Shown here one piece after another: positions 33,365 to 41,418 of a stretch of 49,351 bases of DNA. Within the stretch, counting starts at the first letter, position 1; every line of letters starts with the position of its first letter. A program made the translations under genes and the position numbers. The stretch comes from Minisyncoccota bacterium (GTDB lineage: Bacteria; Patescibacteriota; Minisyncoccia; Phycocordibacterales; UBA6899). The stretch covers positions 1-49,351 of the forward strand of contig DATIBL010000097.1 of the NCBI GenBank assembly GCA_035457505.1. The letters run 5' to 3'. The notes beneath the pieces are model-generated. The model saw only the letters and a list, made by a program, of their open reading frames with translations, had not been told where the DNA came from and ran no database searches.

Positions 33365-35179
33365 ATGGCCGAGCGTTTCATTGCACATCTTCGAGCAAAC
33401 CGCGGCGCGGCGCTCTTGATCTCGATCATGTTTTTCTTTGGGATCTCGATCGCAATCTTGATGAGCGGAACCGGATCAGTGATGACCGAGCTTGCGTCAT
33501 ACCGCACGCTTTCGAAGTCGAAGTTCTCCTATGTGGCGAGCGAAGCGGCTGTGGAAGATGCGTTGTATCGCGTCGCAAACAATCGACAGATTTCTGCGAA
33601 CGAGATCTATGTGCTGAACGGCGCAACCTCGACGCTCGCGATGACACTGCTTTCTGGGACGGAGCGGGAGTTTTATACGATTGGCGATGCATCTGGGCGC
33701 ATCCGCAAGGTGTATATGCGTGCGACGAATACCGGAGGTGGGAGTATAAATCTGAATTATGCCGTGCAGGTGGGTGAGGGAGGGGTGGAGGTGGAGAATA
33801 ATGCGAGCGTTACCGGGAACATTCACTCAGGAGGACCCTTAAACGGCGAGAGTAACACGGTCGTCAACGGAAATGTGACTATTTCTTCGGGGATTACCGA
33901 GGGCTATGCGAGTTCGACGGTCTGCACGGGAGGAGGATCGGGCGACGTCGAGATGGGAAGGACAAATCCGTATATTGATCACGCGCAGCAATTCATTCCG
34001 ACGACTTCGGATACGCTCGCCAAGGTCTCACTTTATATTAAACGCACGAGCAACCCATCGAGCCCGACGATCCGCATTGTGACAGACAATGCAGGGAGTC
34101 CGTCCACGACGCAGGTCGGCTCGCAAGCGTTCAATTATTCTTTGGCCGATACCAACTATGGCTGGGTCGACGTCGTTTTTGACACTCCGCCCGCCCTCAC
34201 GGCTGGAACGCCGTATTGGATCGTCTTTGATGCCGGGCAGCACGGGAGTAAATACTGGCATTGGTGTAAGAACACCGCTGATGCATATTCGGACGGTTCT
34301 CCGAAATACAAGCAGGACTGGTCGAGCGGCTCTGGTTCGTGGACGGCGATCGTGGGCGATCTGACATTCAAAACCTTTTTTGGGAATGTGATCGCTGCGA
34401 GCTTGATCCAAGATATGACCGTCAATGGGATCGCGAAGGCAGATACTATTACCGATTCGACGATCAATGGCGATGCCTACTATCAGACGATCACGAATAC
34501 GACGATCACGGGAACTGCATATCCAGGCTCTCCCACTCCTCCTGAAGTGGAACCCCCGGTTTCATCGACAACGATCCAGATGTGGATCGACGAGGCGACG
34601 CTCGGAGGGACGCTGACCGGTGATTTTTCACTCATCAATGGTGCGACCTCAACGCTCGGTCCGCGCAAGCTTGATGGCGATATCTTGGTCGACAACAACG
34701 CGATCCTGACGGTCAGCGGGACGCTTTATGTGACCGGAACGGTGGATTTCTCAAACAACGCGATTGTGCAATGTCATCCGACATACAGCGTGAATAGTTG
34801 CGTGATCGTTGCGGATCAATCGATCGATGTGATGAACAATGTGACGCTCCAGGGGTCCGGCGTCTCTGGGAGTTATTTGATCCTTCTGACGAATTCGAAC
34901 TGTGATAGCACGACGGGAAGCGAGTGTTCGTCGTCAAATACTGCGGTTCGGATTTCCAACAATGCATCCGGCGGCGCGGTCGTCCTTGCGCCGAATGGAG
35001 CGATTCAGATGGATAATAACGCGTCGATGCCTGCCGTGGTGGGGTACAAAGTGGAGCTTGAGAATAACGCGTTCATCAACTACAACGCTGATCTTGCGAA
35101 TATCAACGTGCTCTCGAGTGCCACGTCCACACCTGGCACCGTCGGAGCCTGGCAAGTGAATGCTTGGAGAGAGATCTAG
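33365..35179 (+). CDS. large PilX-N-terminal-domain pilus-associated protein (604 aa), paralog 1
   Basis: The N-terminus RANRGAALLISIMFFFGISIAILMSG resembles the PilX N-terminal anchor. Periodic N-N-(A/V) and G-(N/T)-(V/I) beta-helix-like segments follow. It lies in the pilus operon. Confidence 0.7.
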   Translation: MAERFIAHLRANRGAALLISIMFFFGISIAILMSGTGSVMTELASYRTLSKSKFSYVASEAAVEDALYRVANNRQISANEIYVLNGATSTLAMTLLSGTEREFYTIGDASGRIRKVYMRATNTGGGSINLNYAVQVGEGGVEVENNASVTGNIHSGGPLNGESNTVVNGNVTISSGITEGYASSTVCTGGGSGDVEMGRTNPYIDHAQQFIPTTSDTLAKVSLYIKRTSNPSSPTIRIVTDNAGSPSTTQVGSQAFNYSLADTNYGWVDVVFDTPPALTAGTPYWIVFDAGQHGSKYWHWCKNTADAYSDGSPKYKQDWSSGSGSWTAIVGDLTFKTFFGNVIAASLIQDMTVNGIAKADTITDSTINGDAYYQTITNTTITGTAYPGSPTPPEVEPPVSSTTIQMWIDEATLGGTLTGDFSLINGATSTLGPRKLDGDILVDNNAILTVSGTLYVTGTVDFSNNAIVQCHPTYSVNSCVIVADQSIDVMNNVTLQGSGVSGSYLILLTNSNCDSTTGSECSSSNTAVRISNNASGGAVVLAPNGAIQMDNNASMPAVVGYKVELENNAFINYNADLANINVLSSATSTPGTVGAWQVNAWREI

Positions 35180-35248
35180 TTCCTGGTGCTTTTCCTGAGC
35201 CCGTATTTTGGCTTTCAGGGCCGCTAAGTGTGCTACTATATTGAGTAT

Positions 35249-37105
35249 ATGCGTCGCTCGAGTCCTTTGTGTTCGATCTCTCGGAGCGGAGCCCTGCACG
35301 CGCGGCATGCAGAGCGCGGCGGAGCGCTGCTCCTCTCGATCATGTTCTTTTTCGGGATCTCGATCGCGATCTTGCTCTCCGCGACGACTTCCGTCATCAC
35401 GGAGCTGCGTACCTATCGCGCGCTTGCGGACTCTAAGAGCGCCTTCGTGATCGCAGAGGCGGGGATCGAAGATGGTCTGTATCGCGCCGAGCAGAATATG
35501 GATATCTCGGCGACGGAAATTTATGCGTTGAACGGGGCTACTGGAACGCTGACCTATGTAGATCTCTCTGATACCGAGCAGTTCTATCAGACGGTCGGAA
35601 TTGCGAATGGCCGCGTGCGCAAACTCACTGCGCTTTCGACCAAGAATGTCGATGGAGCGCTTTACTATGGAGCACAGGTCGGAGAGGGGGGGATCATTAT
35701 GCGCAATAATTCGCTGATCGATGGCACCGGACTCATCAAAGGCCGCGTGCACTCAAACGGCCAGATCGACGGGGAGCCTGCCGTGACGATCACCGGCGAC
35801 GTGACGATCGCATCCGGAATCATCGCCGATACGACATCCGCATCTCTTGTCTGCGCTGCCGACGTGGAAGTTGGCCGGTCGAATCCCACTGTCGATCATG
35901 CACAGAGTTTTATTGCATCGACCACGGCGGCGCTCCCGAAGGTCTCGCTGTATATCAAACGCGTTGGAAATCCGAATAATGCCAATCTGCGCATTGCCGA
36001 AGACAATGGAAGCGGAAGTCCGAAGACAACAAGCATTGCCGTGCAATCCCTTCCGTATGCGTCTGCTGACACGAACTATGGCTGGGTGGAGGTCGAATTC
36101 ACGTCGCCGCCAACCCTGACCGGAGGTCAGACGTACTGGATCATCCTCGACGCCGATCAACACAGTGGAAAATACTGGTACTGGTGTCGGGATACAGCGA
36201 ATGCCTATGCGAATGGTTCTCCGAAATATAAGCAGGACTGGTCGAGCGGCTCTGGTTCATGGACGGCGATCGCGGGAGATCTCGATTTCCAGGTCTATTA
36301 TGGCGGAGGAAAGTCGCAGCTCGACGAAGTGATCGTTTCTGGAACTGCCAAAGCCGATTCCATCATGAATTCGCAGATCGGCGTCGACGCATACTATCAA
36401 ACGATCACCAGCACGACCGTGACCGGCGCCTCCTATCCCGGGTCGCCCACGCCGCCCCCGGTTCCACTCCCATACTCCACGACACTGATCGGGCAATGGA
36501 AGTCCGATGCGGAAGCAGGGGGGACGATCACGGGAACCTGCGGTTCGACCGGAGTCGCGGGGTGCAACAACGCGACGACGACGATGGGTCCGCGCAAGAT
36601 AGATGGCGATCTCGTCCTCAACAACAACGAAGAATGGACGATCAGTGGAACGCTTTGGGTCACTGGCAATATCGATCTCTCGAACAATTCCGTTATCCGC
36701 TGTCACGCGAGCTACGCAGCATCGAGCTGTATTATCATCGCGGATGGATGGATCGAGGTCGGGAACAATGTTATTCTCTCGGGATCGGGAACGGCGGGCA
36801 GTTACGTGATGCTGCTCACGACGATTGCGGGGTGCATCGGTCCTGGATCGCCGAATCTTGATTGCGCAAATAACGAAAGTGCGATCCGTGTTTCGAACAA
36901 TGGCCAGGGTGCGCTCTTCTATTCGACTGCGGGGCAGATCTTTCTCTCAAACAACGTGATTGTGACTGCGATCGTCGGATATAAGCTCGAATTGTCCAAT
37001 CTGGCGCAGATCATTTATGACGATCTTGTGCAGCAGATTCATTTTGCGCCGACGGCAACGTCCTCTGACGGAGCATGGAGTGTTGATGAATGGCGCGAAG
37101 AATAG
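35249..37105 (+). CDS. large PilX-N-terminal-domain pilus-associated protein (618 aa), paralog 2
   Basis: AERGGALLLSIMFFFGISIAILLSA has the same architecture as 33365-35179. The two share PKYKQDWSSGSGSWTAI and AYPGSPTPP / SYPGSPTPP blocks. Confidence 0.7.
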   Translation: MRRSSPLCSISRSGALHARHAERGGALLLSIMFFFGISIAILLSATTSVITELRTYRALADSKSAFVIAEAGIEDGLYRAEQNMDISATEIYALNGATGTLTYVDLSDTEQFYQTVGIANGRVRKLTALSTKNVDGALYYGAQVGEGGIIMRNNSLIDGTGLIKGRVHSNGQIDGEPAVTITGDVTIASGIIADTTSASLVCAADVEVGRSNPTVDHAQSFIASTTAALPKVSLYIKRVGNPNNANLRIAEDNGSGSPKTTSIAVQSLPYASADTNYGWVEVEFTSPPTLTGGQTYWIILDADQHSGKYWYWCRDTANAYANGSPKYKQDWSSGSGSWTAIAGDLDFQVYYGGGKSQLDEVIVSGTAKADSIMNSQIGVDAYYQTITSTTVTGASYPGSPTPPPVPLPYSTTLIGQWKSDAEAGGTITGTCGSTGVAGCNNATTTMGPRKIDGDLVLNNNEEWTISGTLWVTGNIDLSNNSVIRCHASYAASSCIIIADGWIEVGNNVILSGSGTAGSYVMLLTTIAGCIGPGSPNLDCANNESAIRVSNNGQGALFYSTAGQIFLSNNVIVTAIVGYKLELSNLAQIIYDDLVQQIHFAPTATSSDGAWSVDEWREE

Positions 37106-37292
37106 TTTAGGACCTCCGCAAATAGCGAATTTCTTCGTTGCGGAGCCTCGCCGCCTCGTCAGCATATGCAGCTATGGCTTCTTCGGACGGCGAGGCTCCG
37201 CGCCTCGAACTTGACCTAAAATTTCATCGAGTCTACGAGTACTGAAATTTGGAAATGCCCTTTGTGGTGCATCTATTTGTGGAGGTCCTAAA
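37106..37292. repeat. 187-bp nested palindromic (MITE/REP-like) element immediately after the stop codon
   Basis: The terminal inverted repeats are TTTAGGACCTCCGCAAATAG (37106-37125) and CTATTTGTGGAGGTCCTAAA (37273-37292), matching at 19 of 20 positions. An inner perfect 14-bp hairpin is GCGGAGCCTCGCCG (37140-37153) with CGGCGAGGCTCCGC (37188-37201). The element contains copy B of the 58-bp unit. Confidence 0.75.
37213..37270 (-). repeat. 58-bp repeat unit, copy B (inverted relative to 28965-29022)
   Basis: The reverse complement reads GCACCACAAAGGGCATTTCCAAATTTCAGTACTCGTAGACTCGATGAAATTTTAGGTC, with 3 mismatches to copy A. Confidence 0.9.
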
Positions 37293-37369
37293 GTTTCTGT
37301 GGATTTTTGGACGAGTCTTCAGAATAGATCCCCGTGTGATGGAGTGGGAGGTTTGATATACTCAGCTCC

Positions 37370-38131
37370 ATGAAGATCATCGTCGGGAATTGGAAAATGT
37401 ATCCGTCCCAATCGGCCGAAGCCGCTGCGATCGCGCAGGCGTCGCGCCGAGCGGTGCGGGGTTTGAAGCGCACACGCGTCGTCGTGTGTCCGCCGTTCCT
37501 CTATACAGATCGGATCGCGAAACTCGCTGGCGAGCGTTTTGCGGTCGGCGCGCAGGATTGCTTTTGGGAAGATGTCGGTGCACGGACCGGGGAAGTGTCG
37601 GCACACATGCTTGCGAAGATCGGTGCGACGCATGTGATCATCGGACACTCCGAACGGCGTGCGCTCGGCGAGACGGATCAGGATGTGGCGAAGAAGGCCG
37701 CCGCCGCGATCAAGGAAAAACTGACCGTAATCGTCTGTGTTGGAGAGCGCGATCGCGATGAGGCGGGGTCATATTTTGCGACTGTCGGCGCCCAGGTCGA
37801 CGCTGCATTCGCCGGGCTCTCTGCCTCTGCTGCATCTCGGATTATTGTCGCGTATGAACCGATCTGGGCGATCGGCTCGCAGGCGCTGCGCGCAGCGACG
37901 CCCGAGGATCTCCATGAGATGGTCGTCTTGATCCGCAAACACCTCACGCGCATCTTCGGAAAGACGCCCGGTTTCCGCATCCCGATCCTTTACGGCGGCT
38001 CTGTCGATACGGAGAATGCTGCCGGATATCTCGCGAAGGGGCTTGCCGACGGACTCCTGATCGGACGCATCAGCCTCGATAAGGAGAAATTCGCCGCGAT
38101 CGTTCGCATGGCCGATACGCTGCGCGCATAA
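37370..38131 (+). CDS. tpiA: triosephosphate isomerase
   Basis: 253 aa. It contains IVGNWKMY, IIGHSERR and AYEPIWAIGS (catalytic Glu), plus YGGSV. Confidence 0.95.
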   Translation: MKIIVGNWKMYPSQSAEAAAIAQASRRAVRGLKRTRVVVCPPFLYTDRIAKLAGERFAVGAQDCFWEDVGARTGEVSAHMLAKIGATHVIIGHSERRALGETDQDVAKKAAAAIKEKLTVIVCVGERDRDEAGSYFATVGAQVDAAFAGLSASAASRIIVAYEPIWAIGSQALRAATPEDLHEMVVLIRKHLTRIFGKTPGFRIPILYGGSVDTENAAGYLAKGLADGLLIGRISLDKEKFAAIVRMADTLRA

Positions 38132-38149
38132 TCGTTCATCACCTTTTCT

Positions 38150-39289
38150 ATGATCACTCTGCCGACACTCGCATCGCTGAAAGGCACGCTTACAGGAAAG
38201 CGCGTGCTGCTTCGCCTCGATCTCAACGTTCCGCTCCGGGACGGGAACGTTCTTGATGCCTATCGGATCGAGCGCTCGATGCCGACCTTGGAGTTTCTCC
38301 GTTCGGAGGGCGCACGGACAATCGTGATCGCGCATCTTGGGAAAGGAAAACCGGAGGATTCGCTCGCGCCGGTTGCGCGGTATTTGGAGAAGCTTTTTCC
38401 TGTCACGTTCCTTCCTGATCTTCACTCGTCCGAAAACGCGCGGATCGTTGAGGGGATGGAGAACGGCAGTGTCGTTTTGCTCGAGAATTTGCGGCACGAT
38501 GCAGGCGAAGAAGCGAACGATTCCGAATTCGCGAAACTCCTCGCCTCGTACGGCGAGATCTATGTGAATGACGGTTTCTCTGTTTCGCATCGCGCGCACG
38601 CGTCCGTCGTCGGGGTTGCTTCGCTCTTGCCCCACTATGCCGGACTTCTCTTTGCCGAGGAGGTCGCGCAGCTTGAGCAGAGTCTTAACCCCGAACGGCC
38701 GTTTCTCTTCATCCTCGGCGGAGCGAAGATCGAAACGAAAATGCCGCTGCTGAAGAAATTTCTCGACCTTGCGGATTCGGTATTCATCGGCGGCGCGATC
38801 GTAAATAATTTTCTCAAGGTCGCGGGAAAGGAGATTGGAACATCAGTGTACGATGCCGATGAGCTTGCGGGGCTCGAAGCGTATCTGAACCATCCGAAGC
38901 TGATCCTTCCGGTTGATGTGGTTGTGAAGCGCGGTGATACTTCCGTGATCGTGCCGGTCGACGGCGTTCATCCGGGCGATATGATTGTCGACATCGGCAC
39001 GGAGACCATTCATCGGCTTGAGTCGGTCGTCGGGTCGGCGAAGCTGATCGTCTGGAATGGCCCGCTCGGCTTCTACGAAGAAGGATTTAAAGATGGGACT
39101 CGCGAACTGCTCGACCTTGTGGGCGGCTCGGCTGGCCGCTCGATCATCGGCGGCGGTGACACCGTTGCGTTGATCGATGAAATGCACGCGATGGAAAAAT
39201 TTACCTTTGTCTCAACGGGCGGCGGTGCGATGCTTGATTTTCTCGAGGCGGGATCGCTTCCGGGAATTGATGCTCTGCGGGCGGAGTAA
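38150..39289 (+). CDS. pgk: phosphoglycerate kinase
   Basis: 379 aa. It contains VLLRLDLNVP, LLENLRHDAGEE, YVNDGFSVSHRAHAS, FILGGAKIETK, VWNGPLGFYE and STGGGAML. Confidence 0.95.
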   Translation: MITLPTLASLKGTLTGKRVLLRLDLNVPLRDGNVLDAYRIERSMPTLEFLRSEGARTIVIAHLGKGKPEDSLAPVARYLEKLFPVTFLPDLHSSENARIVEGMENGSVVLLENLRHDAGEEANDSEFAKLLASYGEIYVNDGFSVSHRAHASVVGVASLLPHYAGLLFAEEVAQLEQSLNPERPFLFILGGAKIETKMPLLKKFLDLADSVFIGGAIVNNFLKVAGKEIGTSVYDADELAGLEAYLNHPKLILPVDVVVKRGDTSVIVPVDGVHPGDMIVDIGTETIHRLESVVGSAKLIVWNGPLGFYEEGFKDGTRELLDLVGGSAGRSIIGGGDTVALIDEMHAMEKFTFVSTGGGAMLDFLEAGSLPGIDALRAE

Positions 39290-39363
39290 TTTTGCTCACT
39301 TTACAGCTTGCTCGCTCCGCGTATCATCCGGAAGGAAGTTCGTATTCCCGAAAGGGGCGTGAC

Positions 39364-40530
39364 ATGAGTGAGAAGAATCGGCTGACCTCAGTCGGCGTGA
39401 ATGGTGCGCCAGAGCAAAGCATCACGTTTCGTTTCTCGCGCTCGCGCGATATGGAAGAGGCGTTCGCTCGGCTCGGCCGTGCAGAGCCGGATACTCCCGC
39501 GATCTATGCGCGGTTCGGACATCCCTCGATGGATGCGCTTGCGAGCGTACTCACGACGATGGAAGGCGGCGCACGAGGTCTGTGTTTCGCATCCGGCATG
39601 GGTGCGTTCCAGACGATCATGCATGCGATCGTCTATCCAGGGGATTTGGTCGTCGCATCCTCGCGGCTCTATCCCGGAACGCGCAAAGCCCTCGAAACCG
39701 CACGGGATCGCTTTGGCGTGAATGTGCGCTTTGTCGATATCACGGATCTTGCATCCGTTGACCATGAGCTTGCTGATGGCGCGCGACTTCTCGTTGCCGA
39801 GACGGTATCGAATCCGACCTGTGTTGTGGCCGACGTCCCAGCGCTCGTTTCGCGCTGCAAGCATCACGGCGTTTGGAGCGCGTTCGATAATACGTTTGCA
39901 CCGTTCATGATCACACCGATTACGCATGGTGCAGATCTCGTGTGGCACAGCCTGACCAAGTATGCGAGCGGGCATTCTGATTGCCTTGCTGGCGGTCTCG
40001 TCATGAGCCGAGATGGTGCCGCGCGTTTTGCGACCGATGTGACCGCCGCTGCAGTCGAACTTGGCGCAACGATGCACCCGCCGCTTGCGGAAGAACTCAT
40101 CGCTCGCTTCGGCGGGATCATGAATCGCTACATCGCGAATTCTGCCGCTGCGATGCGTCTCGCGAGGGGCTTCTCTGTCTTCGGACTCCCGGTCTACTAT
40201 CCGGGCATCGTCGGATCCCAGCGTCGAGCAGTCTTTGATCGCGTTGCGACCCAGGCCTTCGGATACGGCGGGGTGTTGTCCGTCGATCTCGGCTCTGCCG
40301 ACCGCGCGCATCGATTTGTTGATCTGCTTGCCGACTCTGGTGCTGCAATGTGCGCCGTATCGCTCGGCAGCGAGCATACGTATGCCTGCGTGCCGTTCAG
40401 CACGATGTCGAAGAACGCGTCGGATCCGCTTGCACCCGAAGTCGCGCCCGGGATCGTGCGGGTGAGCGCGGGACACGATGAACCCGAGCGGCTCTGGCAG
40501 GTGTTCGATGTTGCCCTGTGTCGAGTGTAG
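39364..40530 (+). CDS. Cys/Met-metabolism PLP-dependent enzyme (cystathionine gamma-synthase / methionine gamma-lyase / O-acylhomoserine sulfhydrylase family)
   Basis: 388 aa from the ATG at 39364. It has the PLP-lysine motif HSLTKYASGHSD, FDNTFA and GIVRVSAG near the C-terminus. The exact specificity cannot be read from the sequence. Confidence 0.8.
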   Translation: MSEKNRLTSVGVNGAPEQSITFRFSRSRDMEEAFARLGRAEPDTPAIYARFGHPSMDALASVLTTMEGGARGLCFASGMGAFQTIMHAIVYPGDLVVASSRLYPGTRKALETARDRFGVNVRFVDITDLASVDHELADGARLLVAETVSNPTCVVADVPALVSRCKHHGVWSAFDNTFAPFMITPITHGADLVWHSLTKYASGHSDCLAGGLVMSRDGAARFATDVTAAAVELGATMHPPLAEELIARFGGIMNRYIANSAAAMRLARGFSVFGLPVYYPGIVGSQRRAVFDRVATQAFGYGGVLSVDLGSADRAHRFVDLLADSGAAMCAVSLGSEHTYACVPFSTMSKNASDPLAPEVAPGIVRVSAGHDEPERLWQVFDVALCRV

Positions 40531-40550
40531 CGATAGTTTTTGATCAAACG

Positions 40551-40574
40551 AAAACCGCCCTACGGGGCGGTTTT
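40551..40574. terminator. bidirectional rho-independent terminator
   Basis: AAAACCGCCC pairs with GGGCGGTTTT around a 4-nt loop, between convergent genes. Confidence 0.75.
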
Positions 40575-40595
40575 GTGTCGCAGGGTTTTCTTCGT

Positions 40596-41009
40596 TTAGG
40601 CAGCCGACGCGGCGTCGCGGATGAGCTTGCCAAATGCTTCGAGTTCGTCCTCCGCGTACGGCTCTCCATGCCAGTGGGCATGGCCGTCGTCGGCGAAGCG
40701 GGGGATCACATGCACGTGCGCATGCATGACGACCTGTCCGGCGGCCGGACCGTTGTTCATGCCGATGTTGATCCCTTCGGCGTTGGTTGCTGCCTTCACA
40801 ACGCCCGCGAGGCGCTTGGCGGATTTCATGACGTCGCATAGCCGCTCATCGTCGATCTCGTAGATGTTGAGTGCGTGATCCTTTGGGATAACGAGCGTGT
40901 GGCCCTTGTTGATCGGACGGATGTCGAGGAATGCGATCGTGCGGTCGTCCTCATAGACGATCTCGGCGGGAAGTTCCTTCGTGGCGATCTTGCAGAAGAG
41001 GCAGTCCAT
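40596..41009 (-). CDS. HIT (histidine triad) family nucleotide hydrolase
   Basis: 137 aa from the ATG at 41009. It starts MDCLFCKI, contains FLDIRPINKGHTLVIPK, and has the histidine triad HAHVHVIP. Confidence 0.9.
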   Translation of the reverse strand: MDCLFCKIATKELPAEIVYEDDRTIAFLDIRPINKGHTLVIPKDHALNIYEIDDERLCDVMKSAKRLAGVVKAATNAEGINIGMNNGPAAGQVVMHAHVHVIPRFADDGHAHWHGEPYAEDELEAFGKLIRDAASAA

Positions 41010-41013
41010 AGGG

Positions 41014-41355
41014 CTAGAGCGAGAACATGCTCGGATGGCGATCAATGTCGAGGTACTTCTGCAGCACTTTTTTCACATGCGCCATTTGTTTCGGCGTGAA
41101 CTTCAGATCGGCATCATGCTCGATCTGAGATATGAGCTGTGTCACTTCAGCGGCGCTTACATATTTGAATCCGTAGCGCATGTCCTGCGCGGTATCCGGG
41201 TCCATCGACATGCGAAGCTTATCCATGACCTCGTCCACTTGGCGCGACGTGAGATTGTCTGCGCTTCCGAACGACGACGCCTTGAGCTCTCCTTCGACGT
41301 AGTGAAGCTCCTTTTCATAAATGCCCTTCGGCGGCGGCGGTTTGATGAGGTCCAT
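41014..41355 (-). CDS. hypothetical protein (113 aa), co-transcribed with the HIT gene
   Basis: The ORF stops 4 nt upstream of the HIT start. Composition is protein-like. No family recognised. Confidence 0.5.
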   Translation of the reverse strand: MDLIKPPPPKGIYEKELHYVEGELKASSFGSADNLTSRQVDEVMDKLRMSMDPDTAQDMRYGFKYVSAAEVTQLISQIEHDADLKFTPKQMAHVKKVLQKYLDIDRHPSMFSL

Positions 41356-41418
41356 GAATGTGGTGAAGTTATGAGTATGCGTTCAGTATAGCATGCATGC
41401 GTGGTACCATTGCCCCGT

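Noticed and set aside
39388-40839. 483-aa minus-strand ORF, and similar long ORFs at 41383-43032(-), 43836-45413(-), 48436-49311(-), 37769-38635(-), 34934-35752(-), 30950-31777(-), 27073-27984(-), 20210-21307(-), 17379-18374(-), 15669-16559(-), 10975-11805(+), 25384-26103(+), 25740-26657(+), 18760-19569(+), 13454-14131(+), 44636-45490(+), 45190-46035(+)
   Set aside because: All lie antisense to, or out of frame within, genes with clear family motifs. Their translations are Arg/Ser/Pro/His-rich with no motifs. This is the typical shadow-ORF pattern of GC-rich DNA.
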